Positions 39,025 to 52,000 of a DNA stretch of 64,000 bases are shown here, piece by piece. Origin of the DNA: Phoronis australis (lineage: Eukaryota > Animalia > Phoronida); contig NMRA01000020.1 of assembly GCA_002633005.1 (NCBI GenBank), positions 87,621 to 151,620 of the forward strand, read 5' to 3'. The notes beneath the pieces are model-generated. The model ran no database searches and was not told the DNA's origin. It was given only the letters and a program-made list of their open reading frames with translations. The translations under genes were made by a program, and so were the position numbers. Every line of letters starts with the position of its first letter. Positions within the stretch are counted from its first letter, which is position 1.

Positions 39025-39864
39025 ACAGACTCACAACACTATACCAGTTACACACACATGCATGTATGACAGACTCACTCACAACACTATACCAGTTACA
39101 CACACATGCATGTATGACAGACTCAGTCACAACACTATACCAGTTACACACACATGCATGTATGACAGACTCACTCACAACACTATACCAGTTACACACA
39201 CATGCATGTATGACAGACTCACTCACAACACTATACCAGTTACACACACATGCATGTATGACAGACTCACTCACAACACTATACCAGTTACACACACATG
39301 CATGTATGACAGACTCACTCACAACACTATACCAGTTACACACACATGCATGTATGACAGACTCACTCACAACACTATACCAGTTACACACACATGCATG
39401 TATGACAGACTCACTCACAACACTATACCAGTTACACACACATGCATGTATGACAGACTCACTCACAACACTATACCAGTTACACACACATGCATGTATG
39501 ACAGACTCACTCACAACACTATACCAGTTACACACACATGCATGTATGACAGACTCACTCACAACACTATACCAGTTACACACACATGCATGTATGACAG
39601 ACTCACTCACAACACTATACCAGTTACACACACATGCATGTATGACAGACTCACTCACAACACTATACCAGTTACACACACATGCATGTATGACAGACTC
39701 ACTCACAACACTATACCAGTTACACACACATGCACGTATGACAGACTCACTCACAACACTATACCAGTTACACACACATGCACGTATGACAGACTCACTC
39801 ACAACACTATACCAGTTACACACACATGCATGTATGACAGACTCACTTACAACACTACACCAGT
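39025..39864. repeat. Homogeneous minisatellite, 48 bp x ~17.5
   Basis: Unit acagactcactcacaacactataccagttacacacacatgcatgtatg. Confidence 0.99.
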
Positions 39865-41187
39865 CATGTGATCAAACAAGTGTTTCACCAACAATGGAAT
39901 GAAGTATTCTTATGTTGAACAAGTATAATGTAACTTGGTAATTACTGTTAATTGGATCACATTAGCAAGCTATCAACGGTATTTCAGTAAATACACACAT
40001 GGGCAGTTGACGAAGCTTGGTTACTTAGTTTCGCAACTACAATATCTGTATATTGAGTTTATTTAGCACATCCTAAATATCACAAAAATATATTTACGTA
40101 CAGTAAAATTTCTTCAAATTAAAACACATTATGGGGAACAGAAAATTTATGAAAATTTTCAACAAAAGTAAACAAGAAGGCAACTTCAAGTTTCATATAT
40201 TTCAAACAAAAATTATAGTTTGCTGTCATTTTCCCATTTTTAAAGGTTCTTTGATCAAGCCTTTCCTTGTACTGGGTAGGTTGAATTGAATTTCAGTGTC
40301 TTGGTAGAACACCTGAATCCGCGTTCTTCACATCAGGAAGTAAGTGGAATTCTTTAAGTCAAATTTAGAGCATGCATTTTAACATCAAAATCAGTTTTAA
40401 AATGTGGAATAACTGCATTTTTGGCAATCAATTTTGCACAAAGTTGTAGAAATATTACCATCATCCCTCACTGTTTTCTAAGGACAAGCTCTGTGTGGTC
40501 TTGGTTATTTTGTGACATTCAACCACCAGGTGGCGCATTAATGTGCTATTTGCCAAGTATAATTATTCTATGTCTTAACATTTCAGATACGGAAAGTAGC
40601 ATTTTCACAAGCTTTCAGCATTTGTTGCAATCAAAAAGTCAGAGATTGTGTTAATACCAGTTTCATACAAAAATGTAGTTTTAGTGAAATTTGTTTCTTG
40701 TATTCAGAAGGACATAGCAATATACTTTAAATCACTATAAATCATATTTTGACATTAAAACACCATCAACGCAAGGGAAGGAAAGACCTGCAATATGCCT
40801 AAGAATTTCAATCTATCATGACAAAATTACGTTGTGGTAAGTCTCCACATAAACTCCGTGTAAAACAGCTTAAAGTTGTACCATTCTGTTGAAACAAGTC
40901 CAAAGCACAGTCATCATGTTCTTGTCCTTTGTTTGTAATGAAATTGGTTAAAAATAAATCGCTTGGGTTTCAGCTAACCCAACTTTATCTGGGACTGAAA
41001 GTATGTGAAACCCTGACACTAAACCATCTTGACATGTTATTAATTGACCTTATTCCAAGTAATGATAATCTGTCAGCTCTCCTCAAGTCTCCAAATGATT
41101 TATACCGTCGTAATTTGAATAAGGATGACACCAATAATACAACAGTAAGTTGTCTAAAACAAAAATTGGCTTTTGATAAAAGGCGTG

Positions 41188-41297
41188 GGCAATAGTCGGA
41201 CGTAACGTGCCCATACTTTGAGAACCAGTTTGATGCCCGTTACTCAGTGGAGAAAACTAGTTCTCAAAATTCGGGCACGTTACATCCGACCCTTACC
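41188..41297. mobile_element. Palindromic MITE family B, full copy; partial copy at 9334-9397
   Basis: ggcaatagtcggacgtaacgtgccc..tttgagaaccagttt / aaactagttctcaaa..gggcacgttacatccgacccttacc. Confidence 0.82.
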
Positions 41298-41690
41298 AAA
41301 GGCATGCGGGTTTAAGTATTGTAGCTTTGACAAGACAACTTCTACAAAAATACAGTCACTGCAAACATCGACAATTTTACAAGCCCAAAATCACGATATG
41401 TCTCTAACAAAAACCATTAACAAGGCAATTCTCCAACTATTTCAGCTTGCACAAACATAATTGTCACAATCATCAATTTTCCATTCTTCAATGACTGATG
41501 ACCTTTCATTAGTAAATAATGGCAACTTCATCAAACCTTGTTCTATAACATCTACCCCCTGAACACAAGGCTTGAAATACATTAAAATGTTCTTAATCTT
41601 TACTTTTAAGGAATAATTTACTAAAACAGAATTTCACTTGTCGCCTAAATTGTCTGCTAAACAAGAGAAGAATTAGAATAAGTAAACTAC

Positions 41691-44448
41691 AGTCCCGTCC
41701 ACACAGAGCCTACCCTAGAACAACTATTGTTTTCGGTATTTATTATCATTTATAAACAAGTACAAAAGACAAACAAACAAATAAGTACATCCATTCATTC
41801 AGGCATGCACACCTCAGGAGAGACCATTCTGGTATCTCGGATAAAGTAAACAACTTCAACATGGGGTAAACATGAACAATGAAATTTATTTCGCAGAGAA
41901 GCTGTCATATAGAAAGTTTTTATATGCAATTAATTTTTCAGTATTATAGTACTCATAAGTATATATGTAACGAACTTGTGAAAATTAGGTATGTTTTTGT
42001 GACATCTCTCCTTGTAAACATACTGTTTGGTTAGTAGAAGCAAAATGTTGAATATAAAATCATGCGTGTGATAAAGCCCAAGAATAACACGTTCGTAAGA
42101 GAGACAGTTGGAAAGCTGAATGCGACAGTTTTGAAGTAGCTTTCCGAATTCCTTCCAGAAATCTTGTACAAGGCTACATTCCCCAAAAAAGGTGTGACAG
42201 TGTCTCTGGAGCTTCATTACAAAAGAAACATAAATTAGAATCCCGAACACAGATTTTGACTAAAAAGGAATTTGTAGCAATAATCCTGTGTAGTCTTCTA
42301 AATTGGAACCATCTAATGTTGGGATCCTTTGAAATTTCATAAAGCAATGCTTATATTTTCTCCCAATCTAAACTATCACCTAACTCCATTTTCCATTTAC
42401 ACTCTGACTTACGGTAGGTTTCTTAACCTCAATAAAGACTGAACAAATATGTCTACAACCCTTCAAAGCTTTCCGTAAATGAGTAATTGCTAAAGGCATG
42501 CAAGGAGATTAGACATTAACACTTTTAAATTTACTTTGAAACAGACTTTTTTGAAACATTCTTAGCTCAGAAACAACACCATTATATTCTACAAAGTTGG
42601 TTTTTACATTGAACCTATTTTTCATATGGTTCAAACTAATGAAATCTCCATCAGAGGTAAACCTGTCTCTAATAAATCTTAAGCCTTTTACAAACCAAGG
42701 CTTATAAAAAACACTTGTGCCTCCTTCGCCAAGTTACTATTAAACCACAAAGGTTGATTCTTCTTTACTCGCAACAATTATTTTCTTGTAGAAAAATGTC
42801 ATACTTCCAAATACGTCGCGCCAGTAGGAATTACCAGCTAGAGTTAACTTCAACTTAATGAAGTCATCTCCAAATGAAGCAAAATTCTTTAAGAACGTGT
42901 AGAGTGAGTAAAGTAATTCACCACTTTTAGACACAGGGGTTTCAAGATATCTACGGGCCATGACGAGTTTTAAAGCGTTTCTGAAAGTATGCATATTAAC
43001 CATTCGAATCCCCTTTGATCTAGTCGTAAAATGGCCGTAGTTCGTTTAATTTTATCATTACGAGCCTGCCATACAAATCTAAAATATGTCGTATTCAATT
43101 CATCCAGGACTAGTGGATTTGGTAAACTTGACAATAAAAAACTACGTCTAGAAATAGCTAATGTTTTAATTACCGTTACTCTACCAAATGGCGTTAAATT
43201 TCGTTGACCCAACTTTTTAATAAAGACTTGATCTCAGTTATTCTTGCAGTGAAGTTGTTATGCGTCATACTATCTGATTGAGTGTCAAAATCCACCCCAA
43301 AAATCTAAAAGATTTTTTTGTCCAAGATAGACATTCTTTTGTAGGAATCACGTCATCACTACCAGTTTTGCTTCCACTTTTGTTTTATCCACATTCACTT
43401 GGAGACCGGAGACACTAGCACACAAATGAAGTACATTCAGTGTGGTAGTCAATGACAAATTCGACCCATCCAACGTAATTGATATGTCGTCAGCATATTG
43501 CGAAATCAAATATTCCTTATATCCTGAAACTACACCAGCAATATTTTTATTATTCTTGATTAAACACGCCAAAATCTCCACGTACAATATGAAAATGTAG
43601 GGAAACAAAGGGTCACCTTGTCTGCAGCCACGCGAAATATTAAACCAGGAAGATGGGTGACCATTTACAATAACACAGGACTTAATATTACTGTAAAAGA
43701 CTTTCACACACCTTCTGATCGACCAAACAAAATTAAGGAAAGATAAAGTTTTTTGAATAAAATTCCACGACCATGAATCAAATGCTTTCTCAAAATCAAT
43801 CAGTAAAAGCAATCCTGGTTTGTTAGTTGCCTGAGCATAAAACATTAAATCATATAGCACGCGGATATTTTCGTTCATATTTCTTCCAGAAACGAAACCT
43901 GTCTGGTCATTACTTATTAGTTTTCCCAAAACCGATTTTAACTGTTACGCCAAAGCCGAAGAACCCAATTTATATGAGTAAGGATATGGGTCCCTAGTTT
44001 TTCAAATACTGTTTACTTTTATCTGCTCCCTTAGGGATGCAAGTAATCACCCCATCTTTCTGTGTTGATGATAACTGACCAACTTGTACTAGTGCAACTT
44101 GCTCCACTACTGAGTGGAGCGTCCACTCACATGTCCGATAACCAGGGCAAGGCGGAAGTTGACCCTTTGTGTGTGGCAATGACCACTTAATGCGAGTATG
44201 GCGTGCAAAAGAAAACATGTCTGTATGTAACCGAAGATGGTAATTACTTCAGCCTTACCCACGCAGCGATTCAAGTGACGCAAGTTACCTATGAACAAGT
44301 TACCCTTACCTCAATAATTTGGAGTAAGTTGTCACAAGTGAGGTAAGTTGCGTTAGTTTAAATAGCATCCAGACAGCCTCCAAACCTAGCGGCAACTTGT
44401 TCCAAGAGTAATTGTTCTAGGGTAAGTCTGTGTGCGGACAGCACACTA
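41691..44448 (-). mobile_element. MITE family A copy (possibly Harbinger-type ends) interrupted by a LINE; halves at 41691-41725 and 44080-44448
   Basis: Left end gtcccgtccacacagagcctaccctagaacaact continues at caacttgtactagtgcaac (44080). Together they are the reverse complement of 46300-46347. Right TIR ttgttctagggtaagtctgtgtgcggac. Confidence 0.82.
41726..44079 (-). mobile_element. 5'-truncated, decayed L1/Tx1-clade non-LTR retrotransposon (RT plus C-terminal zinc finger of ORF2)
   Basis: GVITCIPK, QTGF..GR, LLIDFEKAFDS, RGCRQGDPL, QYADD, RNLTPFGRVTVIKTLAIS and WFQFR.LHRII.TN...CFFCNEAPETLSHLF.EC, with stops and frameshifts. AATAAA and an A-rich 3' end at ~41727-41744. CAACT on both flanks. 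Confidence 0.95.
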
Positions 44449-44960
44449 GAGATCCAGTCCTGAACTTCCATTTACTGGTAAGAAGACCAGGTGTAAACTG
44501 TTATGTAATCAACCTGAAGATTATATAACACCATGATCACTCTCATCTCCACTCTTCCATTTTAAACTTCATACACAAAGTGTAAGTGAGCTTCACTTCT
44601 AAAATCTCTCGAGTCTATTTACACCAACCTCAAGCCTAATTTACATTGGCAAAACTTTTCAGCCAGTCATTTCTCCGGCCACCCTAAGGTGTTACAAGCA
44701 TTCTTAGAAGAAAGAGCACGGTGAATGGTACACTAATATTACCACATCATCACTTTAAAGAGGTTTTAGGAAGGTATGTTCAAGTAAGCTGTAATCAAAT
44801 TTGTCAACAATATTTTGTTAGAAATGTACCATCTACCTAAAGTACTCAACTCTTACCTTACAAGTAAAACAGTTGTGTGAATTCTAAAAACGTGACATGT
44901 TAACAGTTTGCGCCAGTCGTTTTAAATTTGTGCCAAACTGTTGCAAGCACCGGCAATGTG

Positions 44961-45164
44961 CAGATTGACAGACAAGAGGCAACAAACAGCCTTTGATTAA
45001 GCACATTTATCCAGATTCACAGACAAGAGGCAACAAACAACCTTTGATTAAGCACATTTATCCAGATTCACAGACAAGAGGCAACAAACAACCTTTGGTT
45101 AAGCACATTTATCCAGATTCACAGACAAGAGGCAACAAACAACCTTTGATTAAGCACATTTATC
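44961..45164. repeat. Minisatellite, 51 bp x ~4
   Basis: Unit acagacaagaggcaacaaacaacctttgattaagcacatttatccagattc. Confidence 0.97.
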
Positions 45165-45504
45165 AACCCGCAGTTGTTATAATTGCTTCTCACAATTAGT
45201 TTCAGCTGCTGAAACAGTACTGCTTCTGACCACCAGGGGAATTTCAGGACATGGTTCGGTGACGTGATGAGTGACTTTTAAAACCAGAATTACTGTTATG
45301 GTCTCACCTCTTATAACCAGCAAGACATTTCAGTTAATACTGAATAGCAATTTCCCCTGGTAATTGTTACCATGTTAGGGATTAGCAAAAGGGCATTTGA
45401 GTAATTATCAATTACCAGTATATTCCTGGAAACTTGGTAAGTAGCTGAAGTGATATTAAATCGTTTTTCTGAAATATTTGTGTGCAGCGCAAGACATTTT
45501 TTCT

Positions 45505-46347
45505 TGAAGTTACTCCTGGTTAGGAAGCTGTGTGGATGCTGTGCCCCACTTGACAACTTGCCCCACTTGTGACAACTTGCTCCACTTGTGACAACTTGCT
45601 TCACTTGTGACAACTTGTCCCACTTGTGACAACTTGTCCCACTTGTGACAACTTGCTCCACTTGTGACAACTTGCTCCACTTGTGACAACTTACTACACC
45701 TTATCAAGCTAGGGTAACTTGTTCTAAGGTAACTTGCGCCAATTGTAATAGCTGTGTGGACGGAAAAGTGGGGTAGGGCAGAAATGTCAGCTGTGAAACA
45801 GACGAATTTTCTCTTGCGCACGGTATTGGCATTGGGTGTTCATTGCCATGCACAGAGCGATAANCTTGCTCCACTTGTGACAACTTGCTCCACTTGTGAT
45901 AACTTGTCCCACTTGTGACAACTTGTCCCACTTGTGACAACTTGTCCCACTTGTGACAACTTGCTCCACGTGTGACAACTTGTCCCACTTGTGACAACTT
46001 GTCCCACTTGTGACAACTTGCTCCACTTGTGACAACTTGTCCCACTTGTGACAACTTACTACACCTGATCAAGCTAGGGTAACTTGTTCTAAGGTAACTT
46101 GCGCCAATTGTAATAGCTGTGTGGACGGAAAAGTGGGGTAGGGCAGAAATGTCAGCTGTGAAACAGACGAATTTTCTCTTGCGCACGGTATTGGCATTGG
46201 GTGTTCATTGCCATGCACAGAGCGATAACTTCCACCTTGTAACTTTACCTTAGTTATCGAATATGTGTGAGTGTACGCTGCACTCCAAAGTGGGGTAAGT
46301 TGTACTAGTGCAAGTTGTTCTAGGGTAGGTTGTGTGTGGACGGGACT
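45505..46347 (+). mobile_element. MITE family A copy with amplified 19-bp arrays (45546-45693, 45865-46058), duplicated around an N at 45864
   Basis: Unit ccacttgtgacaacttg(tc/ct). Core and terminus ...gttgttctagggtaggttgtgtgtggacgggact are shared with the other family A copies. Confidence 0.88.
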
Positions 46348-47869
46348 ATAGGGTCTAATCTGCAAGCTCAGACTTGACACTAGAGTCACGAATCAAAACT
46401 AAGCCAATCTGCATAATTTAAATACAAATTTGTAAGTATACCAAAAGCAAGGCATGCAATGGGTTCACTTTCAAGTGGGGTTCAGAGATTAGATCCCTGG
46501 GTCCTGAGTTTTATAGCCAAAAATTAATTCAAACATAGGATACAAACCTGAAGATATTGTTTTGCAAGAACAACAAATACACAAGTGATGCAAGTATTCT
46601 TTATTCTAGAAATTGGTTTATAGAGCCTTATCCAAGATTCTGAAAACAATGTGTCATAAATTGATGAAATTCTATTGTATTATTGTGTAAGCTAAGTCAC
46701 ATTTTCACTTAAATGTGCAGTAAACCCACCCAATAAAACAAGGTTTGATTTAGGCCACTTGCCTGATCTTCGCGTGGCAGCTCTTTTTCTCAATTTTTTT
46801 CGTTAAACAAGACTCTTGCTTTAGCCTCTCACCTTCAACTCGGGATTTCTTCGCGACCTTATTTGCACAACCCATAAAGGTATACGCATCATTTGTACGT
46901 TCTATCATTATCCCTGGATTTGTTTGACATTCAGTTTTCTGCTAACCACTGTGGGGGCACAAAAACAAATCAGTCTTGTCTTGTTCCTTGCAGGGACTGG
47001 AAACAATTACTAGGGTTGAGCAAGTTCATTATTGCTTCAGACCAAGCTTAAAGCCTTCATTTGTGGGCATGTTAGTCTCAGCTGCCAGGGGAAATTCCAG
47101 GTGTTATAATGCGACTAATTTCACCTCAAACAATGTAAGAGAATGCGGCAGTGGTCGTGCTTTGGAACAGCAAACGTACGGTGACTATAAAGGAAATTGT
47201 TTTCGACACCAGAACAAGGATTATAGCAAAGCTTGACATCTAATTAATCACAAAATGCGTGTTCATTTCCACGTACACTAAGATAACGACGACAGCGTCA
47301 GTGCCATATTTCATAAAAGCAAGGAAATATGACATAGGATGTGAGGTAATTAAAAGCAATTTAATACCTGGACAAACGTACTGAATTAGTCGAGGTGAGA
47401 ATGTGTGCGTGTCACCGTGTAGATCTTTTCATCCTCAATCTCACATAACATGCCACACACAGAGGGCCAATAATTATAAACATTGTATCTGCCTATAACA
47501 GCGAACTAACAAAGAAAATGTGAATATCAAATTATTGCTGCAGTCATGACAGCACAAATTAGTGTCGCCTCAACTAGAAGTGACCAGCGTTATGACTTGA
47601 AATGATTTAATAGTGGTATAGTGCATCATACATGGACATCAGCTATGGTAGTCACACTACAGATGTTGATAAAACTTAACAGTACATGCATAGCATCTAA
47701 CCAATTGACAAATGAAATTCTATTTTTAGACACAGGATATAATTAGCACACATAAATACTTCTTTCATTTCCACACCCATTACCAGACAATGATTTGACA
47801 AGTTGCAAACAGCTACAATAATGATACAAGTATTTGAGAAATGGAAAAGATGAAAGCGCCGAGGATCGA

Positions 47870-48170
47870 AACTTGGCGAAATTAACAGAAAAGATGATGA
47901 CAGAGATGATGACGAAGATGACGGATATGACGACGATGGTGGTGATGATGAACAACACAAGTAATGGTAGCATTCATATGACGAAGGTAGAGGTCAGAAA
48001 TCAGTAACAAATAGGATACAGTCTTGATCAACACTCGGCGAAATTAACTGAAAAGACGACGACAGAGATGATGACGAATATGATGATGGGGGCGATGATG
48101 AACAACATCACAACATTCATATGATGAACTTAGATGTTATAAATCAGTAAGAAATATGTTAGTCTTGTTC
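47870..48170. repeat. Diverged ~160-bp tandem duplication with GAY triplets
   Basis: aact(t/c)ggcgaaattaac(a/t)gaaaaga..gacagagatgatgacgaa occurs twice. Confidence 0.88.
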
Positions 48171-48194
48171 AGTAGCAGCTAAACCAACATCAAA

Positions 48195-49045
48195 GCAGCA
48201 AGAGCGTTCAACGTAGGAACAGCGCTATCAGAAAATCTCAAATAATTCAAAAAGTAGACATCCTAGCGAAAAATGGAAAATATCTCCTGAGAGCCCATTC
48301 AAAATTCTATCTAAGAGGTTAGTTGTGCAAAATTCTGCAAACTTTTTGAAAAAAATGAAATTTTGCGTTTTTTTTTGAAATTCAAAGTCAAATAACTCGA
48401 AAACGGTAAATCTAAGAAAAAATTGTTATAGTTCATTTGAGAGAATATACCTCAGAGAATCTACATGCAAAAATTCACATCATTTTCTCTTCCCGTTTAA
48501 AATGGCATCCCAGCACGACTGAAAATGGCTCAACATGTGGGTCAACATGCCCCAGATCCACCATCTTGAAAGCAACTTCCGGTTTTTCAGCTGTAAATAA
48601 TAGCATGTTATAAAAAATTTTACCTGAAAAATTTCAAAGGAATTGGTCCAACAATGCACCCTCTACAGGAGAAAACGCTTTAAGCCCAAAATCGAGGTGC
48701 GCATGCGCAATTGCAGATATTTCCGCCATCTTTAACCAGAAGTAAACAATTTCCGGTACACATATAGCGCACATCCGGTCCAATATTCATGCTGATTTTC
48801 AGCCCTGTACGTAAAACATTATAGCCTCCAGGAACATTTGAATTAAGATTCAAATGAAAACAAAATGGCCACCACATCCGCCATCTTGGATCCGATTACG
48901 ACGAAAAACAATAGGCTTCTAGTACTTCCGAAACTACGTGTTATGTGTAAATTTTGTGATGATCGAACGAAAATTGCGACCTGTATTGTGCGAACAAAAA
49001 AAAAAAAAACTTAGTAACAGAGCAACATACGAAGCGAAATTTATT
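48195..49045 (+). mobile_element. Probable non-autonomous interspersed element (Helentron/HINE-like by resemblance)
   Basis: Begins caagagcg, has repeated ccgccatctt / aaaatggc and aaattt..gat subunits, and a terminal A-run. No coding relic seen. Confidence 0.4.
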
Positions 49046-52000
49046 TGGTAAATATTTATGTCGGAAATTGGCGAGATTTTACTGCACTGACACAGACTAC
49101 AGTATTAGTATGCGTTAAAAGCCAAATTAATAGGGAATTAAAAACTCTGTAGGTGGGCATACAAGCCAAACATGAGGTTTAAAAGTTTTGCCCAATCTGC
49201 CGTTTCGAGAGAGGAAGCAGTGAGTTGATGTGAGCCACTGTGGTATTTATTTACTAAACAGTTAACAGCCATTTAGCGATGGAGTTGTGACATGTTGGGA
49301 CACGCCTTGTTGCTAGATTGCGATGGTATAGTAGACAGTGTTATTTCCTAGCAGTTCATACAAATTCCTTGTGAACATCTAGTTGTCAAACTGCCACTGA
49401 CGTGGGTTTGCACATTAAAACAACTACTGCAAAAACTTCCAGCATCTTAAAATGTGTGTAAATGAAAGGAATTGTGTTTCGCCCGTCAACTCAACCCGTT
49501 ATGCACACAAGAATTAGAAATTGGGTCAAGTGAAAGTGGGTCAAGCGAAAGGCACTTTTGTGATTTCACAATACTAAAGAGCTGTGCACAGAATGTTTCC
49601 TATTAGAAGTTTGCATACAGCAAGTTAGCAATCAGAACTATACACAACTGCACAGTACAAAAAGATTTAAAGCGGCAATAAAACTGCATTCCGTCCAAGA
49701 AACTAAATTTTGACTTAGGTCACTTGCGATTATAAAATTGTATAGCACTTAAAATTGTGAGAAGACTCCTACGTTTAAAAAATAAATTTGTTCTATAGCA
49801 TAATCTGTGCCTGATTATAGTCTCAGTAAGAAGTGTCAATTTCAACAACGTGGCTGTTTTTAGTGCACCGCAGAAAAGACTGAATGAATACGATGTCCTC
49901 TGAGACATTCCTACATCTAACTGCAGCTCGAAATTCCTCCAGTTTCTGAAAGCTTGCCTCATTGTTCTGAAAATCAATTTAAAATACAGGTGGGAGCTGA
50001 TTTGAGCAGTGGATTCCTCTCTCATAAGTCGAGGACAGGCACTCAGGCAAGCAGTCAGCGATTAATCGAAAAATTTTCAAAACTAGAGGGTAGTGTTGAC
50101 GTGAGTACGGATGTCAACCAAAGTTTTTACGATAATGTCCGCTGACCGGAGACATAAAGGTTTAATAAGCTGGCGCTGTCATTACGTGGGTACAACCCAA
50201 CCTGGTGTTATATCCCCCAGAGGTTTGTGACTGAACATTTATCTGAACCAGTGTCAATGGCACAAAATCAATAATAATATGTTGGTAAGACATACAACCC
50301 ATTTTCACCCTCCAGTAGTCACCTCAGGTCAATTATCATCAATTAGGATGGTCAACCTTGAATAGCATTCTTGGATAATGGAAAAAAGCGGCAAAATGAT
50401 CCTTGGGTACTGACCCTCTCTGTGACTTCTTAGTTTCACAATCTTCAAGTCAGGAAACAAAAATCAATAACAAATAAGCAGAGACTTTGTCAGTTAGTTG
50501 TATAAGCTATCAAACTTCTCTTCTTATCTTCTTATGCAACATCCAGGTAAAATGAAGATCAGTACACTCCACAATAAACATAGACTCCAGCTTACTACAC
50601 TTAACCAGTTATAATTGAGCAGCACATTCTTCTCTGACTGCCAAAAACAAAATTGAAGGGTTTCATCGAACTGACAAAGAAACACCTCATTCTAGAATGG
50701 GTACAACATAAAAATAGATTATAACATGGTCAGGAAATGAGGATCTCCCCCCCCACATGTCCACCCCCAGTGGAACTTAAAAGACAATGCATCCGAAAAG
50801 ACAAGGGGTCTAGACAACTATAATGATCGAAATGTTAATTTTATAGTGTATTTATCCCAAGTATTAAGGAAATACATGCAGGAAACACAGGCAACAAAAA
50901 TGACAACATTCAAAAGTCAATTGCCCTTGACCCCGCACCTATGGCAGTCCAGTAGATCAGACAATCATGTCACACACAGTCTGCTACAGATAGAAGAAGG
51001 ATGTCCCTAAGTTTTCCATGTCAAATTGTTATCAGACCCATCATAGAACTCTCTGTGTTATTAGCCAGTAAAGAGTGATTTCACACTCACTGTGAGATAA
51101 TGGCAACTTATCTACCCTAAGGCTCAGGCCCAATAGAATAACCCAGTCACAGTGCTAAGTATCACAGTGAATGGAAGATTTCCTACCTCATGTACATGGA
51201 CAAAATCCAGAGAAGGAAATCACCAGGCACACTGTCATAGTTGTAAAGATTAGCCAGCTGAAGAAATCTATTGAAGGTCGTTCCTCTTTGCAATCAAATG
51301 CAGAAATGTCAATACAGATGATTTACAATCACATGCAGTCACCTTCAAACATAGTGCACACACGGAAATGGGTCAATATTTGCTTAATGATCCCATGTGC
51401 GGTGTGACAATGTACATTTCAAATCTAATTCCGAGGAGCTAAACAACATGCAATGCACCACCTACAGGATGAAACTAATACCATTCCATGCTGAATAAAT
51501 ACAGGATAAACTCTTGCCTTGATCAAGAGAGGGTGCTAAAAGTCATAACAGATCAATCTTTCAGTCACTCAACTAAATGAAATATTATCTAACACTAACC
51601 AGCCTAATTTGTAACCTGACATGACTTGCATTGATTAATACCTAAAGACAACATGGTATGGTATAATCACAACACAAGTTATAAATAACACATTTGAACC
51701 ATGACCTATTTAAGGGTGCAGGAAGCCGACCTGCTGTTTTTGAGCTTAATGGAAATTTCTTGCTCAGAAATTGTGGTTGCTCCCTCTTATGATATCCTAG
51801 ATCCACCACTGCTGTCTTGACTGGATTGTGACCACGAAACTTTACTCAGAGCTTGACTTGCAAATGGACGAATCATGCGCCACACTTCAAGTAATTTTCC
51901 CAAATTCATGAGGCGTAACTGGACAATTAGGAGTCAAGCCTCCAATAAAGTATTGCGGTCACTGGCTTTGATTGAGAACAAAAATCATGAAAATCAAAAG

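Noticed and set aside
38993-39902. 270-280 aa ORFs on both strands
   Set aside because: Translations of the 48-bp tandem array; no splice or homology support.
47697-47973. Ser-rich and hydrophobic ORFs
   Set aside because: Reverse translations of GAY triplet repeats in a tandem duplication.
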